NCBI GenBank assembly: GCA_000388065.2
Contig: KB932206.1
Length of the DNA stretch: 64,000 nt
Source of the DNA: Fonticula alba ATCC 38817
Lineage: Eukaryota; Protista; Nucleariida
Strand: one strand, 5' to 3'
The translations under genes and the position numbers were made by a program. The notes under the pieces were generated by a model. It was not told where the DNA came from. It worked only from the letters and a program-made list of their open reading frames with translations, and did no database searches. This document shows positions 50,575-63,092 of the stretch, piece by piece; within the stretch, counting starts at the first letter, position 1, and each line of letters begins with the position of its first letter.

Positions 50575-51547
50575 GACTGCGGAGTTTCGTCGGGGGGCCG
50601 GGTCGGCGCGCCCCTTGGCGGGGAGGGAGGGCGGGAGGGGGAGGGGGCACTTAACGGCGAGGAAAGGGGGGAGGCAGAGAGAGAGGGGGGGGGAAGGGAA
50701 TGTCCAAGGGGAGAGGGGGGGGGGGAGAAGGCGCGGAGGAAAGACGGGGACACAGTCCATGAAGCGATTCCCCGAGGATCTCCCAGCCCAGCACACAGGC
50801 GGTCTAAATTCCATCCGCCTGCCGGTGGGGTGTCCTGGGCGGCGGGCCGGAAAAGGCATCGGTCGGCACATCCCCCTGCGGTAGACCGGCCCATCCAGGC
50901 CGCGGGGATTCCCCGGCGGCAGAGTGCGATCACCCGGCTATCTGCCCCGNNNNNNNNNNNNNNNNNNNNNNNNNNNNNNNNNNNNNNNNNNNNNNNNNNN
51001 NNNNNNNNNNNNNNNNNNNNNNNNNNNNNNNNNNNNNNNNNNNNNNNNNNNNNNNNNNNNNNNNNNNNNNNNNNNNNCCTTTGCCAGGCCCTGGTACTCG
51101 CGGTTGCGAGGCGGCCAGCGGGAAGCAGCCAAGGAGCGTCCTGCCCGGACTCCAGGTGCCAACGAATGGAGCGACTCGAGCATTCCTCCACGCCTCAAAT
51201 TCAAACAAGCCTCAACAAAAAAAAGACACGCCAGGCAACGCGCTGCGCGTGGCAAAGAGGGAGAGAGAGAGAGAGAGAACACCGATGAGAGAGCGTGGCG
51301 TAAATGATGCCCAAGCCACCACACGGGAAGGACAAGGGGAAGGTTGGACGAAGGACTTGGATGTTGGTGTATTTGGGGAAGGCGGAGGAGGCACTTCTGT
51401 GACTCGCCAACACCAGCTGAAGCGCAGGAAGAGAGTGCTGACAGATGAAGAAGGACATCGGAAGTTGAGAGAGAGAGAGAGAGAGGGGGGGGGAGAGAGC
51501 GCGTGCGCACGGCGCCTGTGCCAGCACCTCCTGACACATCAACGAAC

Positions 51548-54500
51548 TCACGTCCTCGGCGAGTAGACACTGATGATGGAGTCGATGAAGCCGGCGGCCA
51601 AAGTCATGTGCACCGGGTGGAAGGCCAGACAACTGACCGGCGCCAGACGCTGGCCAAGGAAGCCCAGGTGGTACCGAATGGATCCCACCGACTGACTGTC
51701 CGGCGTGAAGACCTGGATGTACTGCTGCTCGTAGCCACTGTGGCAGGGAGGCAGGGAAGGGATCATTGCCCAGGCAAAGGACCAACATGGGGTTACGGGG
51801 TTAGTGAAGGAGGAAAGGAGGGGGAATCAGATGGAGGGGGGGCAGGTAGAAATGAGAGAGAGAGAAATGAAGGAGAAATGAAAAGGACAAGTAAAGTCCA
51901 ACGGACCAGGCAAGCAGCGGCGCGCGGTCGTGCACCGTCAGTGCGGTCAGCCCGCCCCCGCCACTGGGTGTGGAAATGGTGTTGATGAGCCCGGGCAGGG
52001 GGGCCCCAGGAGCCGGGGCCCCGGGGAAGGGCGGCCCTCCAAGCATTGGCGATCCGCCGAAAGTCGACGCCACTCGCAGGTCCCACACATTGACAATGCC
52101 GTCATTGCTGCCGGTGACCAGATGGTGCACTGAGCCGAAGCCCCAGTTGGACACCCGAGGCACACACGACGCTCTTCCGATCTCCCAGGAGCCGGGGCCC
52201 CGGGGAAGGGCGGCCCTCCAAGCATTGGCGATCCGCCGAAAGTCGACGCCACTCGCAGGTCCCACACATTGACAATGCCGTCATTGCTGCCGGTGACCAG
52301 ATGGTGCACTGAGCCGAAGCCCCAGTTGGACACCCGAGGCACATGGGTGGTGACGACGTAGCCATTGTGCGCCCGGCCCAGCTCGCGGATGAGCGCCGAC
52401 CGTGAGGGACAGCGCCGGTCGAATATCCGCACCGAGCCATCGGCGAAGCCGACCACCAGCGAGTGGGGCTGATTCGGGTCCGAAGTGATGGAGGAGGCCG
52501 CCACGCGCGGAGGGGCCGAGGCTGCCGCCGCGGCCGACGCCGCTGCCACCCCGGCGTGCAGACGCCCAGGTCCGGCCCCGGCGAAGTGGCCGAGTCCGGC
52601 CCCGGCCCCAGGGGCCGAGGTGTCAAACTCATGAACGCACACCTCACGCGCGGCGTCCCATACCCGGATGGATGACGAATTGCCGGCCACATTCAACAGT
52701 CCGGTCGATTGCTGCCAGTCGAAGACCAGATCCGAGGTGGAATTATTATCTGTAGGATGGCGGGAGGGAGGCAGAAAGAGCGAAGAGTCAGGGAGAGTTG
52801 GGAGGTGACCTGAGAAAAAGATGCAAAGCGGAGGGAGGAGAGGGAGGAGAGGAGAGGGAGGGGAGGAGAGGAAAGGGAGGGGAGGAGAGGAGAGGGAGGA
52901 GAGGGAGGAGAGGGAGGAGAAGAAGGGAGGAGAAGAAGGGAGGAGAAGAAGGGAGGAGAAGAAGGGAGGAGAAGAAGGGAGGGAGGAGAGGGAGGAGAGG
53001 GAGGGAGGAGAGGGAGGGAGAAAGGGAGAGGGAGCCATGGGAACGCACTGCTCGAATGAGGCGAGATGTCGCTGAGCGCACGCCAGGCCGAGATACACCG
53101 GACATTGCGCGGATTGGCGTAATCGGCAAAGATCTTGACAACACCATCCGAAGATCCGGTCATCAGCAGGGTGTTGGCATCGTCCAGCTCATTCATGAAG
53201 CTCAGCGCGGTCACTCGACGCCGAGAGGTTGACGAGGGGTTGAAACAGGCCGGCATCAGCGAGGCGAAGGCATCGCAGACAGGCTGCGTATTGTGCACCG
53301 GCCGTGACAGGCCGGAGTAGTGTGGCATCGCCAGGGACGAGTGGTTGACAAACAGGTTGGACTTGGTGTTGCTGTTCATGTCCCAGACACTGAAATGAAG
53401 AAGGCCGGGGGCGGCGTAGAGAGGGGGGAGGGGAGAAAGAGGTGAAGAATAAGGCGGCGGAAGTGCGGAGAGAGTGGGCAGAGAGAGAGAGAGAGAGAAA
53501 GAAAGAAAGAAGACGGGTCAATAGATGAACGGCGAACTGAGGGCGGAGCGGAGGGCAGCGGGGAAACACGCTCGTAGGAGCCCTTCGCACCTGATGCATC
53601 CATGCTCGTCGGCCGCCACCAGCTGCGACTCCACCGAGTGCCAGAGGAGCTGACTGACAAAGCCGCTCGGACCGCCGGACGAAGCATTCAGCCCGCCGTG
53701 CGCCGACCCATGCGCCAGATGCCCGGTCCCCGGGGCGCCGGGGCTGGAGAATGACATCGAGTCGGACATCGGCCCGGAAATGGCCGCCGTCAAGGTGGCC
53801 ACCCCGGTGTGAGAGAGGTTGTAAACATTGGACGAGTGCCCAGGCAGCAGGCCCGAGTTGTTGTCCAGCATGGCCACTTGGTCTTCGAGGCGCCAGCGGG
53901 AACGCTCATCCTCGGACCCGAGGGTGCCATCCCCGCCCGGGCCACCGGAGCCACCTGGGCCACCGCCAGATGGGCCACTGGTCCGGCGATCGCGCCTACG
54001 CTGCCGGGGCAGCGTGCCACCGTCGCCCGTGGACGAGGGCCGACCGCCGCCCGAGCCGGCCTTGTCGCCAGGACCACCGCCCGGGCCGCCCACGCCGCCG
54101 GAAGAGCTCGACCCAGCGGAAAAGATGCCGGTCGGGTGCGCCGGGGGCAGGATCACCGGCGGCGGGAGAAGCAGAGCCCGCGCACCGGGAGGACTGCCAA
54201 GTAGAGGCGCCCCGGCCGGGGTCAGGGGCAACCCGGCGAGCCCCGGCGATCCGCCAGCCACCGGGGCCGACGCCGGCAAACCAAACCCGAGTCCCGGGGA
54301 ATCCAGCGACCCGGTCGAGTGAAGCGCCTCGGTGGAGGCCGATGCCGACAGCGCCATCCCCTGCAGCGACAGGCGGTCCAACGAGGAGGGCGACCCGGAA
54401 GAAGGCCCGACAGGGCGTGGCACACGTGCCGCAGGGGGCAAACTCCACACCGGCGGTGGAGGATACATCCCGCGCAGGGTGACCGACAGTCGCAGGTGCC

Positions 54501-57500
54501 GCTGGCGACGCCATTGCAGCGCAACCGCCGACGGGCCATTCGGCTTACGGGTGTCGCGGCGCTCCGGCCCGGTGGTGAACATCTCGGAACACCAGTCAAA
54601 AAAGTGTGAAGTCAGAGGAAGCGGCGAGTGCTCCAGCCGCCGGCGATGGGTCACCTGCGGCGTGCCCAGGTCGCCGGAACCGGCGTCCGGCCCGGAGGAA
54701 ATGCCCGAGGAGCCGGAAGCCCCCGCATGACCGGGCCGCCCACCGGACCCGGACCCCGAAGGCCGGTCGCCTTGGTCGGCTGGGGTCCGGCCACCGAGAC
54801 CCATGAAACGCATCACCGCGCTGGTGGAGCTCAAACCGAAGGTCGACGAGGGCCGAGAACCGGTGGTGCTGCTGCCGGAGGAGGACCCGCCAGAGCCAGT
54901 CTGGCTGGTGCCGGACGACGGCCCGACGGCGGCACCAGGCCCCCCGGCCGCGGCAGAAGCACCAGAAGCAGCACTGGCAGAGGCGGCGGCGGCGGCGGCG
55001 GCGGCGGCCCCGCCGGGGCCACCGCCGGAGATGGACGCCCGCCCGGCCGCACCACCGGTGACCGATCCGCGCCCGGGCTCCCACGCGCCGGCGGAAGTCA
55101 AATCACCCGTCGACCCGCCAGACGGCGGGATGCGTGCTTTCGTCAGGATGAAGTCCACCACCACCTGGGCCAGGTACGCCACCGCGGGGAAGGGATCACA
55201 ACTGAGAATCAACAGTTGCTGAAATCGGAAAAAAAAAAGAACAGGGTTAGAACAGCAGATGGAGCGGTTGAGGCCCAAAAGCAGGACGCCGGCGAAGGAG
55301 CCGATGGCCCTTGCGCACCTCCCACACGCTGGCGTAGATGCCCCCGGAGGTGGACACCGCCGACTGGGCCGCCAGAGTGCCAGCCGAGCAGATGGCCTGA
55401 TGGTCGAGGGATGCCTTGGCCGAAGAAACCATGGTGCGCTCGTTCTGCACCACGAAGACGCTCAGGGCGATGACCACCTCCCGGCGGACGACCGGGCTCG
55501 AGTCGTAGCAGGCCGCCGGCAGCAGGGCCGTGGCCACTTGGGTCTCAATCTGGGCAACATGGTCCGTCCGCTCGAGGCCCAAAATCAAACACCCAAGAGC
55601 GTAGGCAGCCGCGGCGCGCACGGTCGGCGACGGCTCGGCCGGCACGGTCGGCGGATGGCCATGCGCCGGGGCACCCCCCGGACCGGGGCCAACCCCACCA
55701 AGGCCGCCAGGGCCACCGGCGCCGCCGCCAACCGTCGCCCGGTGGTACCCACCGGCCCCGGAGCCACCGGCCCCAGGTCCGAGACTGCTATACAACAGCA
55801 GGCGCTTGAGCTTGTCATGGGCATTGTCCCGAATGGCGGCCCACTGGGCGGCCTGGTGCCGGCGCCAAATCTCCGCCAAGCAAAGGGTCAGCCAGAGGCG
55901 GAAACGCGTGTTGTCCGCGGCCCCGGCATCATGGCTGCACCACTCGTCCTCATCGCAGTACCCCACACCGAGGCCCTCGGTGGAGAAGACATCCGGCGGC
56001 TCATGCATGCCGCCGCCCGGAGGCAGCCCCCCGCCAGCGACCCCGGCCGGGGGCAACCCCACCACCGGGAAGCCCGAGTAGCCAAGTCCCGAGGCAAGGG
56101 ACATCGGCCCGCCGGTGGCCATCGGGCTTCCCAGCCCCGACACGCCCGGGCCACTGGCAGAAGCACGGACATATGTGTCCGTGGAAACTGGCGACCCGGC
56201 CAGCAGCGGCAGCCCCGGGGCCCCGCTGACGGCGAGGACGGCCGCCGCCGCGGCTGCGGCCGACCCCGGAGGCGAGGGCGTCGGCGTGGACAAGGTCCCC
56301 CCACGAGCGGCGCCAGGCCAGCTTGGGCCCGCTGGCACGAGCAGCCCCCCGGCCCCGGGGGTGGAGGCACGCCGGGACCGGATCACCGGCATCGGCCGAG
56401 AGTACCACTGCTCATCAAGCAGATGCAGGCAATTGGCAACCACGCCCAGCTGCAAGAGGGCCTGCTGGCCGGATGTGTGGTCATGCGACACGGAGGCCAG
56501 GACGAAGGCAGCCTCGACGCGCTCGCGCGTGCGAGGTGGCCCGGAGTCCGAGCCCGTGGCCCCGGAAGAGGGCGACGGCCCGGAACACAGGACCAGCAGG
56601 AAGGGCCGGAAGACATTGTCCTTAAGCATGTCCAATTTGCATGCACTGTCGATGGCAATGAGCTTGGTCCAGATGTGCATCAAGACCGACTGAATGGCCG
56701 CCGGAACCGAGGACTGCAGAAGCTTGCTCACATACGGGAACAGGCCCACCGACAGGGCCAGGTTGATGGCCCACGGTCCGACGTCCAGGAACTGCGCCAG
56801 CAATTGCAATGCCCGAAGCCGATGCACCGGTGACAGGAGGACCTGCAGAAGGATGGGCAATTGCTCCGGAGGCCGGCGTCGGTCACTGCCGAGCGACAGC
56901 CACACCTCGAAGGCAGACAGTTGGTTGGCGAAGAAATCGCTCGGCACATAATTGTCGATGGTGGCCACCGGCCCGGAAGATAGGTGCGGCGGAATTGGAA
57001 TGGCCGAGTAGGAGGACGAGCAAACCAGGCTGGTGCTCGGCGAGGGGGGGGCCAGGTTCAGCTGTGACAGGAGCTGATCCAGCACCAGATCCCACGACCG
57101 CCACAGCGGATGCTGGAAGGTCAGCGGCAGGGCTGGCGAGGTCATCGGCGTGCAGCCGTACGCCCGCATGACGCGCTCAGCCAGCAGGTAATTCCGGAAG
57201 AGGGCTGCCACGAGCAAGTCCTGGCGGTACAGGCGTTGGTAGAGAACCCGCGGGAAGGTGGTCCAGGCAATGGTGTCGGTGATCGAGGTCAAGATCCAAG
57301 ACAGCTCGCCGAGGGGGGTTTTGCGCTCGGTGAGGCGGCCTAATCGTTGTGAGGGCGAGGGGAGGGAGGAGAGGGGGGGGGGGGGGCGCGGAGGGGAAAG
57401 GCTGTTAGCAAGTGGATGGAGCGCAAACAAAAGGACAAAGAAAAAGACGAGACATGGAGTGGGGCCAAGAAAAAAATGCCAAGTCATACACACCGGGGAT

Positions 57501-57794
57501 TCGGTTGACCACATCGATGGGCCAGCGCCGGCCACGAATCGGCGAACTGGTTTCACTTTGCAGGACATGGAAACGAACGGCCATCTCCACCGGAGTGGTC
57601 AAGCAACTGGTGAACAGATCGGCCGGCAAGTCCGGATGAGTGGGGAGGAACTCGTTGAAGGCACAGGCCGCCAGTTGGAGGCTATCGCGCACGGGGACCG
57701 GCAGATTCGGCGGGGGAAGCAGGGAGGAGGAAGCCTACGCGCGAGGATGGGAAGGAGAGGGTCAGAAGGAACTATCGAACACGGAGGAGAGGGT

Positions 57795-57850
<56 letters not shown>

Positions 57851-57860
57851 NNNNNNNNNN

Positions 57861-57916
<56 letters not shown>

Positions 57917-59465
57917 AAGCAGAAGCAGGAGAGGCAGGACGTACGGATTGCTGCGACTGCCAGTTCTCCCACTCACGCTCGCGTTGCGCGGCGAAGTTAT
58001 CCCACGCGGTCAGGGCATAGCCAGCCGCCGGGCAGTCATAGACGCAGATGGCCGGGCCACCGCCAGGCGCCAGACCGGAGCCCTGCGAAGAGCCTTTCAA
58101 CGATCCGGACCCGGAAGAGGAACTAGCGCTGCTGGATGCCGGCCCTGGGCCGCAAAGCCACGTTTGGATGTCATACAGGGACACCGGAATGTACTGGGTG
58201 AAGTCCCGATTGTATACCCAGAGCTCGCCATTTTGCGTCGGCCGCGGCACGCCATGGCCGTTGTAGTGGAAAAGGAGTCGATCCTCGCGGAAGCCCTTGC
58301 GCAGTTGGAGGCACACTTTGCGGACATCCTATGGCCAAGATCGCGAAGGACGAAAGGTGGCGAGGCGGCAGGCAGCAAAGCAGAGGCACATAGAGAGAGA
58401 GAGAGAGAGAGGGGGGGGGGGGAGGGAGGATCGGAGATGGCGCAAAGAGAGCCAGTGTTAGGGAGCCGGAGCCAGATGGCGGAATGGCCTTGCAGGAAAG
58501 GAGGATGCAGAGCCCAGGACGCACCTCAATCGTCGAGTCCATGCAGAGCTTGTATTTGGCCTTGGGCTGGAGGCGCTCATACTGCAGATTCAGTGCCTTG
58601 CCAATCTTCTCGAGAGCTGAGCAGCGACATGCAGAGTTAGGCCAGGGGAGGGGCAGGGGAGGAGGCAGGGAAGGGCGACAGGCAGCGGTGATGGCAGCAG
58701 GCGAAGGGTGCGCGCACCCTTCGGGGGGGTTGCATCGAAGGGATCGGTCCAGCACTGGAGACGCGCGCAGGGGGTCGTCCGGAGGACATCCGGCGGGTCA
58801 ACGCCGATGTTTAGGCAGACCACAAGCGCCGCGCCGGCCGTGCGAATGCGCTCGCGCAGGCGCCAGTTGTCCAGATGCTTGGAGGCCGAGTAGTCCGGCT
58901 CGGCGGAGTTCAGATGCCGCGCCGAAATGTAGAACGGGTTGGGTGGGCCATGGAACTGCAGGGACAGGGCCTCGGGATCGAAATGCCCCGGGTCCAAAGG
59001 CGGCGGCGGTGGCGAGACAAGTGACGGATCCAGGAAAGGGGCTCCCGGTGCGAAGGGCGGCGCCCCGGACGGATCGCCAGGGTGGCCGGCACTTGGCTGC
59101 TGCTGAAGCTGGTACTGGTGCTCCATCGGGGTGGATGGCGAGAGGGTCAGCCCGAGGGAGCCGACCGACGAAGTCCGCGCTAGAGGCGATAGGGGGGAGC
59201 TTGGCTCGGAGGTGTACCCCGCCGACTGGAGAGCGACGCGGCTCAGGGCGAGGTGAGGCGGCCGGCTGTTCGCGGTGGCGGCGGTCGACGGGGAGGCAGG
59301 GGTGCTGTTAGCGACAGCGGTGGCGCGAGCGAGCGCCGATGGCGGCACAATGGTGGCCGACGAGGGGGGCTGGTTGAAGGAGGAGGACACGGCCGGCGCG
59401 TGTGTCGGCACCGGGGCCTGGTGCGTGTGCCGGGCGACGGTCGTGCCGTCCCCAGGGGGGAGCAT
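51548..59465 (-). CDS. RPTOR: Raptor/Kog1 (RNC, HEAT and WD40), 9 exons, ~2100 aa after removing a 179-bp artefact
   Basis: Exons 59465-58718, 58616-58525, 58328-57945, 57734-57494, 57339-55319, 55218-53591, 53389-53049, 52749-51907 and 51737-51548. Contains [75 protein letters not shown] and C-terminal WD repeats ending LAFHP. The start codon is less certain. Confidence 0.95.
52005..52343. other. Assembly artefact: Illumina adapter ACACGACGCTCTTCCGATCT (52164-52183) between two identical 160-bp copies (52005-52164 and 52184-52343)
   Basis: Exact 20-nt match to the 3' end of the TruSeq read-1 primer (translated RSEERRV on the minus strand). Removing 179 bp restores the Raptor exon-8 phase. 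Confidence 0.97.
52829..53035. repeat. Purine-rich degenerate tandem repeats (AGGGAGGAG and GGAGAAGAAGGGA units) in a Raptor intron
   Basis: Read directly; about five copies of the 13-mer at ~52917-52981. Confidence 0.85.
57795..57930. repeat. (GCAGGA)n hexamer microsatellite in a Raptor intron, interrupted by a 10-N gap
   Basis: Read directly; lies between the exon ends at 57945 and 57734. Confidence 0.95.
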
Positions 59466-61088
59466 GGAGTGGGGAAGGAGGGAGAGGGGGGACGGATGGG
59501 AGGGGGAGGGATGGGAGGGGGAGGGAGGAGGGAAGAGAGAGAGGAGGCGCCGCGCACTGGTTATCGGTGCGTCGAGAACGACGGGCGGTTGGCCGCGGGC
59601 AGGCGGGCAGGCAGGTGGGCGACGTGCGAGCGCGCAGGTATATGTGCGTCTGTGTGCGCGCGCGTGTGTATTTTTATGTGTGCTCGTGCGTGCGTGCGTG
59701 CGTGCGTGCGTATGAAGAGGAGACGGGAGGCCACTGCGAAGGTTGACTATAGGGGGGGGGGAGGGGGGGGGGAGGAGGGAGGAGTGGGAGAGGGGAGGGA
59801 TGGAAGACTGCTGCTCGGGCGAGGGGGTGCGGGAGGCGCAAGGTGGCGCCCGAAAGGTGTGTCCTGTCCGGGCGGCGGGCCCAAAGGCCCCCGCACCCTT
59901 GGAGGCCCAAACGATAACAACAGTTACCGAGTAATCGGGCACCACAAGGCGCCGGGGGCGTTCGCTCGTCCTGCCCCCAGACCCGAGGCCCCCCCCCCCC
60001 CCCCCCTTGCGCCCTTCACCCCAACTGGGTTGCCAGGCCGCCCACCTTCCGGGGCAGGCGCGGTGGGGGGGGGGGGGGGGACCTGCCTAGAGGTGAATAT
60101 GAATCCGGTTCCGTGTTCTCTCCTCTCCGGAGGCACTTGGTCTTTTTTCCTTTTCTTTTTTTTTCAACTCGACCAGCCCCTGGGGAAAGAGGCGCAAAAG
60201 ATAGTGCGACAACATCGGAAGAGGGAGCCCCCCAGGGAGAAGCGGGCGCCGGGGCATGGAAGGGAATTCAACCGCCACGCACTCGACACAAACATCGGAG
60301 CAGGCGCATTTCCGGCCGGCCGGCCGGCCGGAGGCTGCCCAGCCGCTCGGCAAAGCCAGAACGCCAAGATCTACGACTGTGGATCGGACCGGAGCTCGCT
60401 CGGGTCGAGAAGCACCGCCCGAATGGCCGTGCTGTGTCGGACGAGGTATTAACTTGCCCGGTTAATCGTGGTGAGAGGTCAGGTGTGTGGCGTGATCCTT
60501 TTGTAGGGGTACTCCGCTGCATAGTCGACTGTGCCCGCTCTCCTGGCCCCTCTTCTCAGGGGGGAACTTTGGGGGGAATGGGAGCAGGGGGGGGGGGAAG
60601 ACCTCCGAGCTCTTGCGACCAGAACAGCGGGAGCGGGAGAGTAGCCACGGCCAACGTCAAGGCCGACTGGAGGACCGCGGACAATCAGGCATCCGAAGGT
60701 CCACAGCCAGCTCCGGGCGCATGTTTGCAACACGAACCAATGGGCCCCAGGGCCTCCCCCCTGGGTGCCCCTTGGCGAGAAGGGGAGACACCGAGGGGAG
60801 GCGGCAGATCGGGGCAGTGATCTGGGCGCCTCGCTCCTGCCGTCCACCCGCCTCCTGGGAAGGTGGCAAAAGTTGTGGGGTCCTCTCCACCGTGGCCGGT
60901 CAAACACAAGGACACCTCCCCTGCCCGGGCGCACAGACATCCACCGGGTGAGCTCTTTTCAGCCGGCCTCGTGCCACCCAGCCGGCAGGCCCCCCTGCAG
61001 CCACCTCCAGCCCTTCTCCCTCCTCCTCCGCCTCTGCCCCCCGCCCCCCCCCTTTTCTTTCCTCCGCCTCTCCCCCATCCCCGCGGCC

Positions 61089-61718
61089 ATGGACAACCGT
61101 ACTGCTGTCTCCAACTGGGGCAATGCTCAGAGCGTCGACTCGCTCAACATTGCCATCCAGAAGATCATCGACTTCATGAACCACTTTGGTGCGCCCCATG
61201 CGGAATCCCATAACCTGTCCTTGGCTGCCCCTCGTTCCCCCCCCCCCCCCCCACTGACTTCTGTCCCACGATACCTCTCCTGGCTGCGGCCGTCCCCCTC
61301 TCTCCCTCCTCTCCCCCACCCCCACCACACCTACCCTGCTCCATGGTGTATATGCGGGCACATGCACATGACAGAAAACCACACTCGCTTCCAGCTGTCC
61401 ACTGTTGGCGACCGCCTCAACCTCCTGGAGCAGGAGGTCCACTCGCTTGAGCAGAAGGTCCGTCCCCTCCCATGGGTCTACTGGCCCTGCCGACCTCCCC
61501 CGGTCCCCTTCTCGTTTGCAGCCTCGGTGGTGCTTGCCACCAGATCTCTGGCTCTTGCTCGTCCCCCCACCCCCCCACGGCACTCCCCCCGCCTCCCACG
61601 CATTCGCTGCCCTTGGCTGACCCCAAGCTGTCACTCCATGACCCCCCTCTGATGGGCGTTTCCCCGACGGATGTGATTACACTGCAACATGCAGCTCAAC
61701 TCCCTGAAGCGGGATTGA
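61089..61718 (+). CDS. BRK1: BRICK1/HSPC300 subunit of the SCAR/WAVE complex, 3 exons, 68 aa
   Basis: Exons 61089-61188, 61375-61457 and 61695-61718 give MDNRTAVSNWGNAQSVDSLNIAIQKIIDFMNHFENHTRFQLSTVGDRLNLLEQEVHSLEQKLNSLKRD. This matches the family pattern W.N..I.KI.DFLN.F...R..L..L...L..LE. Confidence 0.9.
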
Positions 61719-62221
61719 GGAGGCCGCGCACATCGGCTCGTACCTCCTCGCATCGAGTCGACCACTGTGCTGTACCCCGCCCCCCCCCCCCGTCCATCGC
61801 CCTCGGAAAAGAACATACATACAAACATGACAACAAGCATAGCCTCTCTCTCCCTCTCCTCCCCCCTCCCTATCTCGGTCCGGTCCCTGTGTACCTCCCT
61901 CGCGCTCCCCCAGCACACAAATGACCCCCTCCCTGGTGGAGTTTGTCCCGGGAGAGGGGCGCGCAAGCATCCTCCTGCCCCTCTCCCCTGCTGGCGCGAC
62001 CGGGGAGGGGGAGAAAGACGCCAAGTATATAGGAGGCACTGCCATATGCCCTCCCTGCTGTGGGGGAGGCGGGCCCCAGGACACAGGGCAAAGCAAAAAA
62101 AAAAGGCGAAAAAAAGACACAGAAGAGGTGGTGTGTGTGCATGTGTAAACGGATGCGGGTCAAATAACAGAGAAGAAGCCTGCTGGTCGCCCCGTTAGGG
62201 CACGTGCCTCTGCGTCCCGTG

Positions 62222-62542
62222 ATGGCGCTGTTTCAGGCGCACTTTGACGAGGTATTCCCCCCTCCCCGCCCCCGCCTCTGTGCCCGTTGCTCCTCACCCT
62301 CCCGCTGAGCCGCCCGCGCGTATGTGGCTTTCCCCGGGCCCGGGGCTGCAGTGGATGCGGGGGGATTTGTCAACTGCCCCGGCCAAATGCCGGCGGCCCT
62401 TGTCCGGAGGCCTTCTTCTTGCTTCGTCGGCCAGGGGGGAGGAGGTGCCTTGCCTGCCAACATGCACTCCCCGACGGTGGACGGGGAGGCCCCCTGCGGA
62501 TGCAAACGACAAGCAGCCCCGCCAGAGGTGGCCGTCCGCGCC

Positions 62543-62575
<33 letters not shown>

Positions 62576-63092
62576 CGCCGCAGCCATAGCCGCCGACTGT
62601 ACACCAGGTAACGTAATGACCGGGGGGGGGGAGCAGGGCCCGGGGTGACTGACACGCAGCTTAGCGTGCCCGGCGCGCATCCCAGGCGGCCTAGGAAACA
62701 CATTTGACCGGCGCCACACCGGGCCGCGCAAGCCTCCAGGGGCGGGAAAAGAACAAGAGGCAAACGACGGCGGCGGCCTCGCACCCGGGAAGCGCCAGCA
62801 ATGTGAGTCTGCAATATGCACCGCTCCTCTACGGCTCGCGCGCGCCTGTGGCATCTTGTCAGCAATATGGGTGCGCGCCCCCCGTTCCTCCCAGCACCGG
62901 TCGGAGGGGGGGGTCGCATTGACCACTACGCCGGCTGGCGGAAAGTCATGGCGACGGGCCGTGGGGGGGGGGGNNNNNNNNNNNNNNNNNNNNNNNNNNN
63001 NNNNNNGGGGAGATCCTGGGTGCGAGAACACGCCCGTAGGAGCGTGTGCCGAGAGCGGGCAGGAGACCGACCTGCCCTCCGTGGCCGTGTAA
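62222..63092 (+). CDS. Possible spliced hypothetical gene or lncRNA
   Basis: Candidate exons 62222-62251, 62352-62527, 62584-62607, 62660-62802 and 62863 onward are in phase with GT..AG boundaries, but the product is unrecognisable and not obviously protein-like. Confidence 0.25.

Noticed and set aside
51801-52265. Raptor pseudogene or alternative C-terminal ORFs
   Set aside because: Explained by the adapter-containing 179-bp assembly insertion.
57795-57930. Regular repeats as a possible CRISPR array or telomeric repeat
   Set aside because: A simple hexamer microsatellite without unique spacers, inside an intron, with no cas genes in a eukaryotic context.
62166-62180. ACAGAGAAG resembling the U6 snRNA box (also on the minus strand near 23219-23230)
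   Set aside because: The flanks do not match U6 (no ATTAGCATGGCCCCTG continuation, no T-run terminator).
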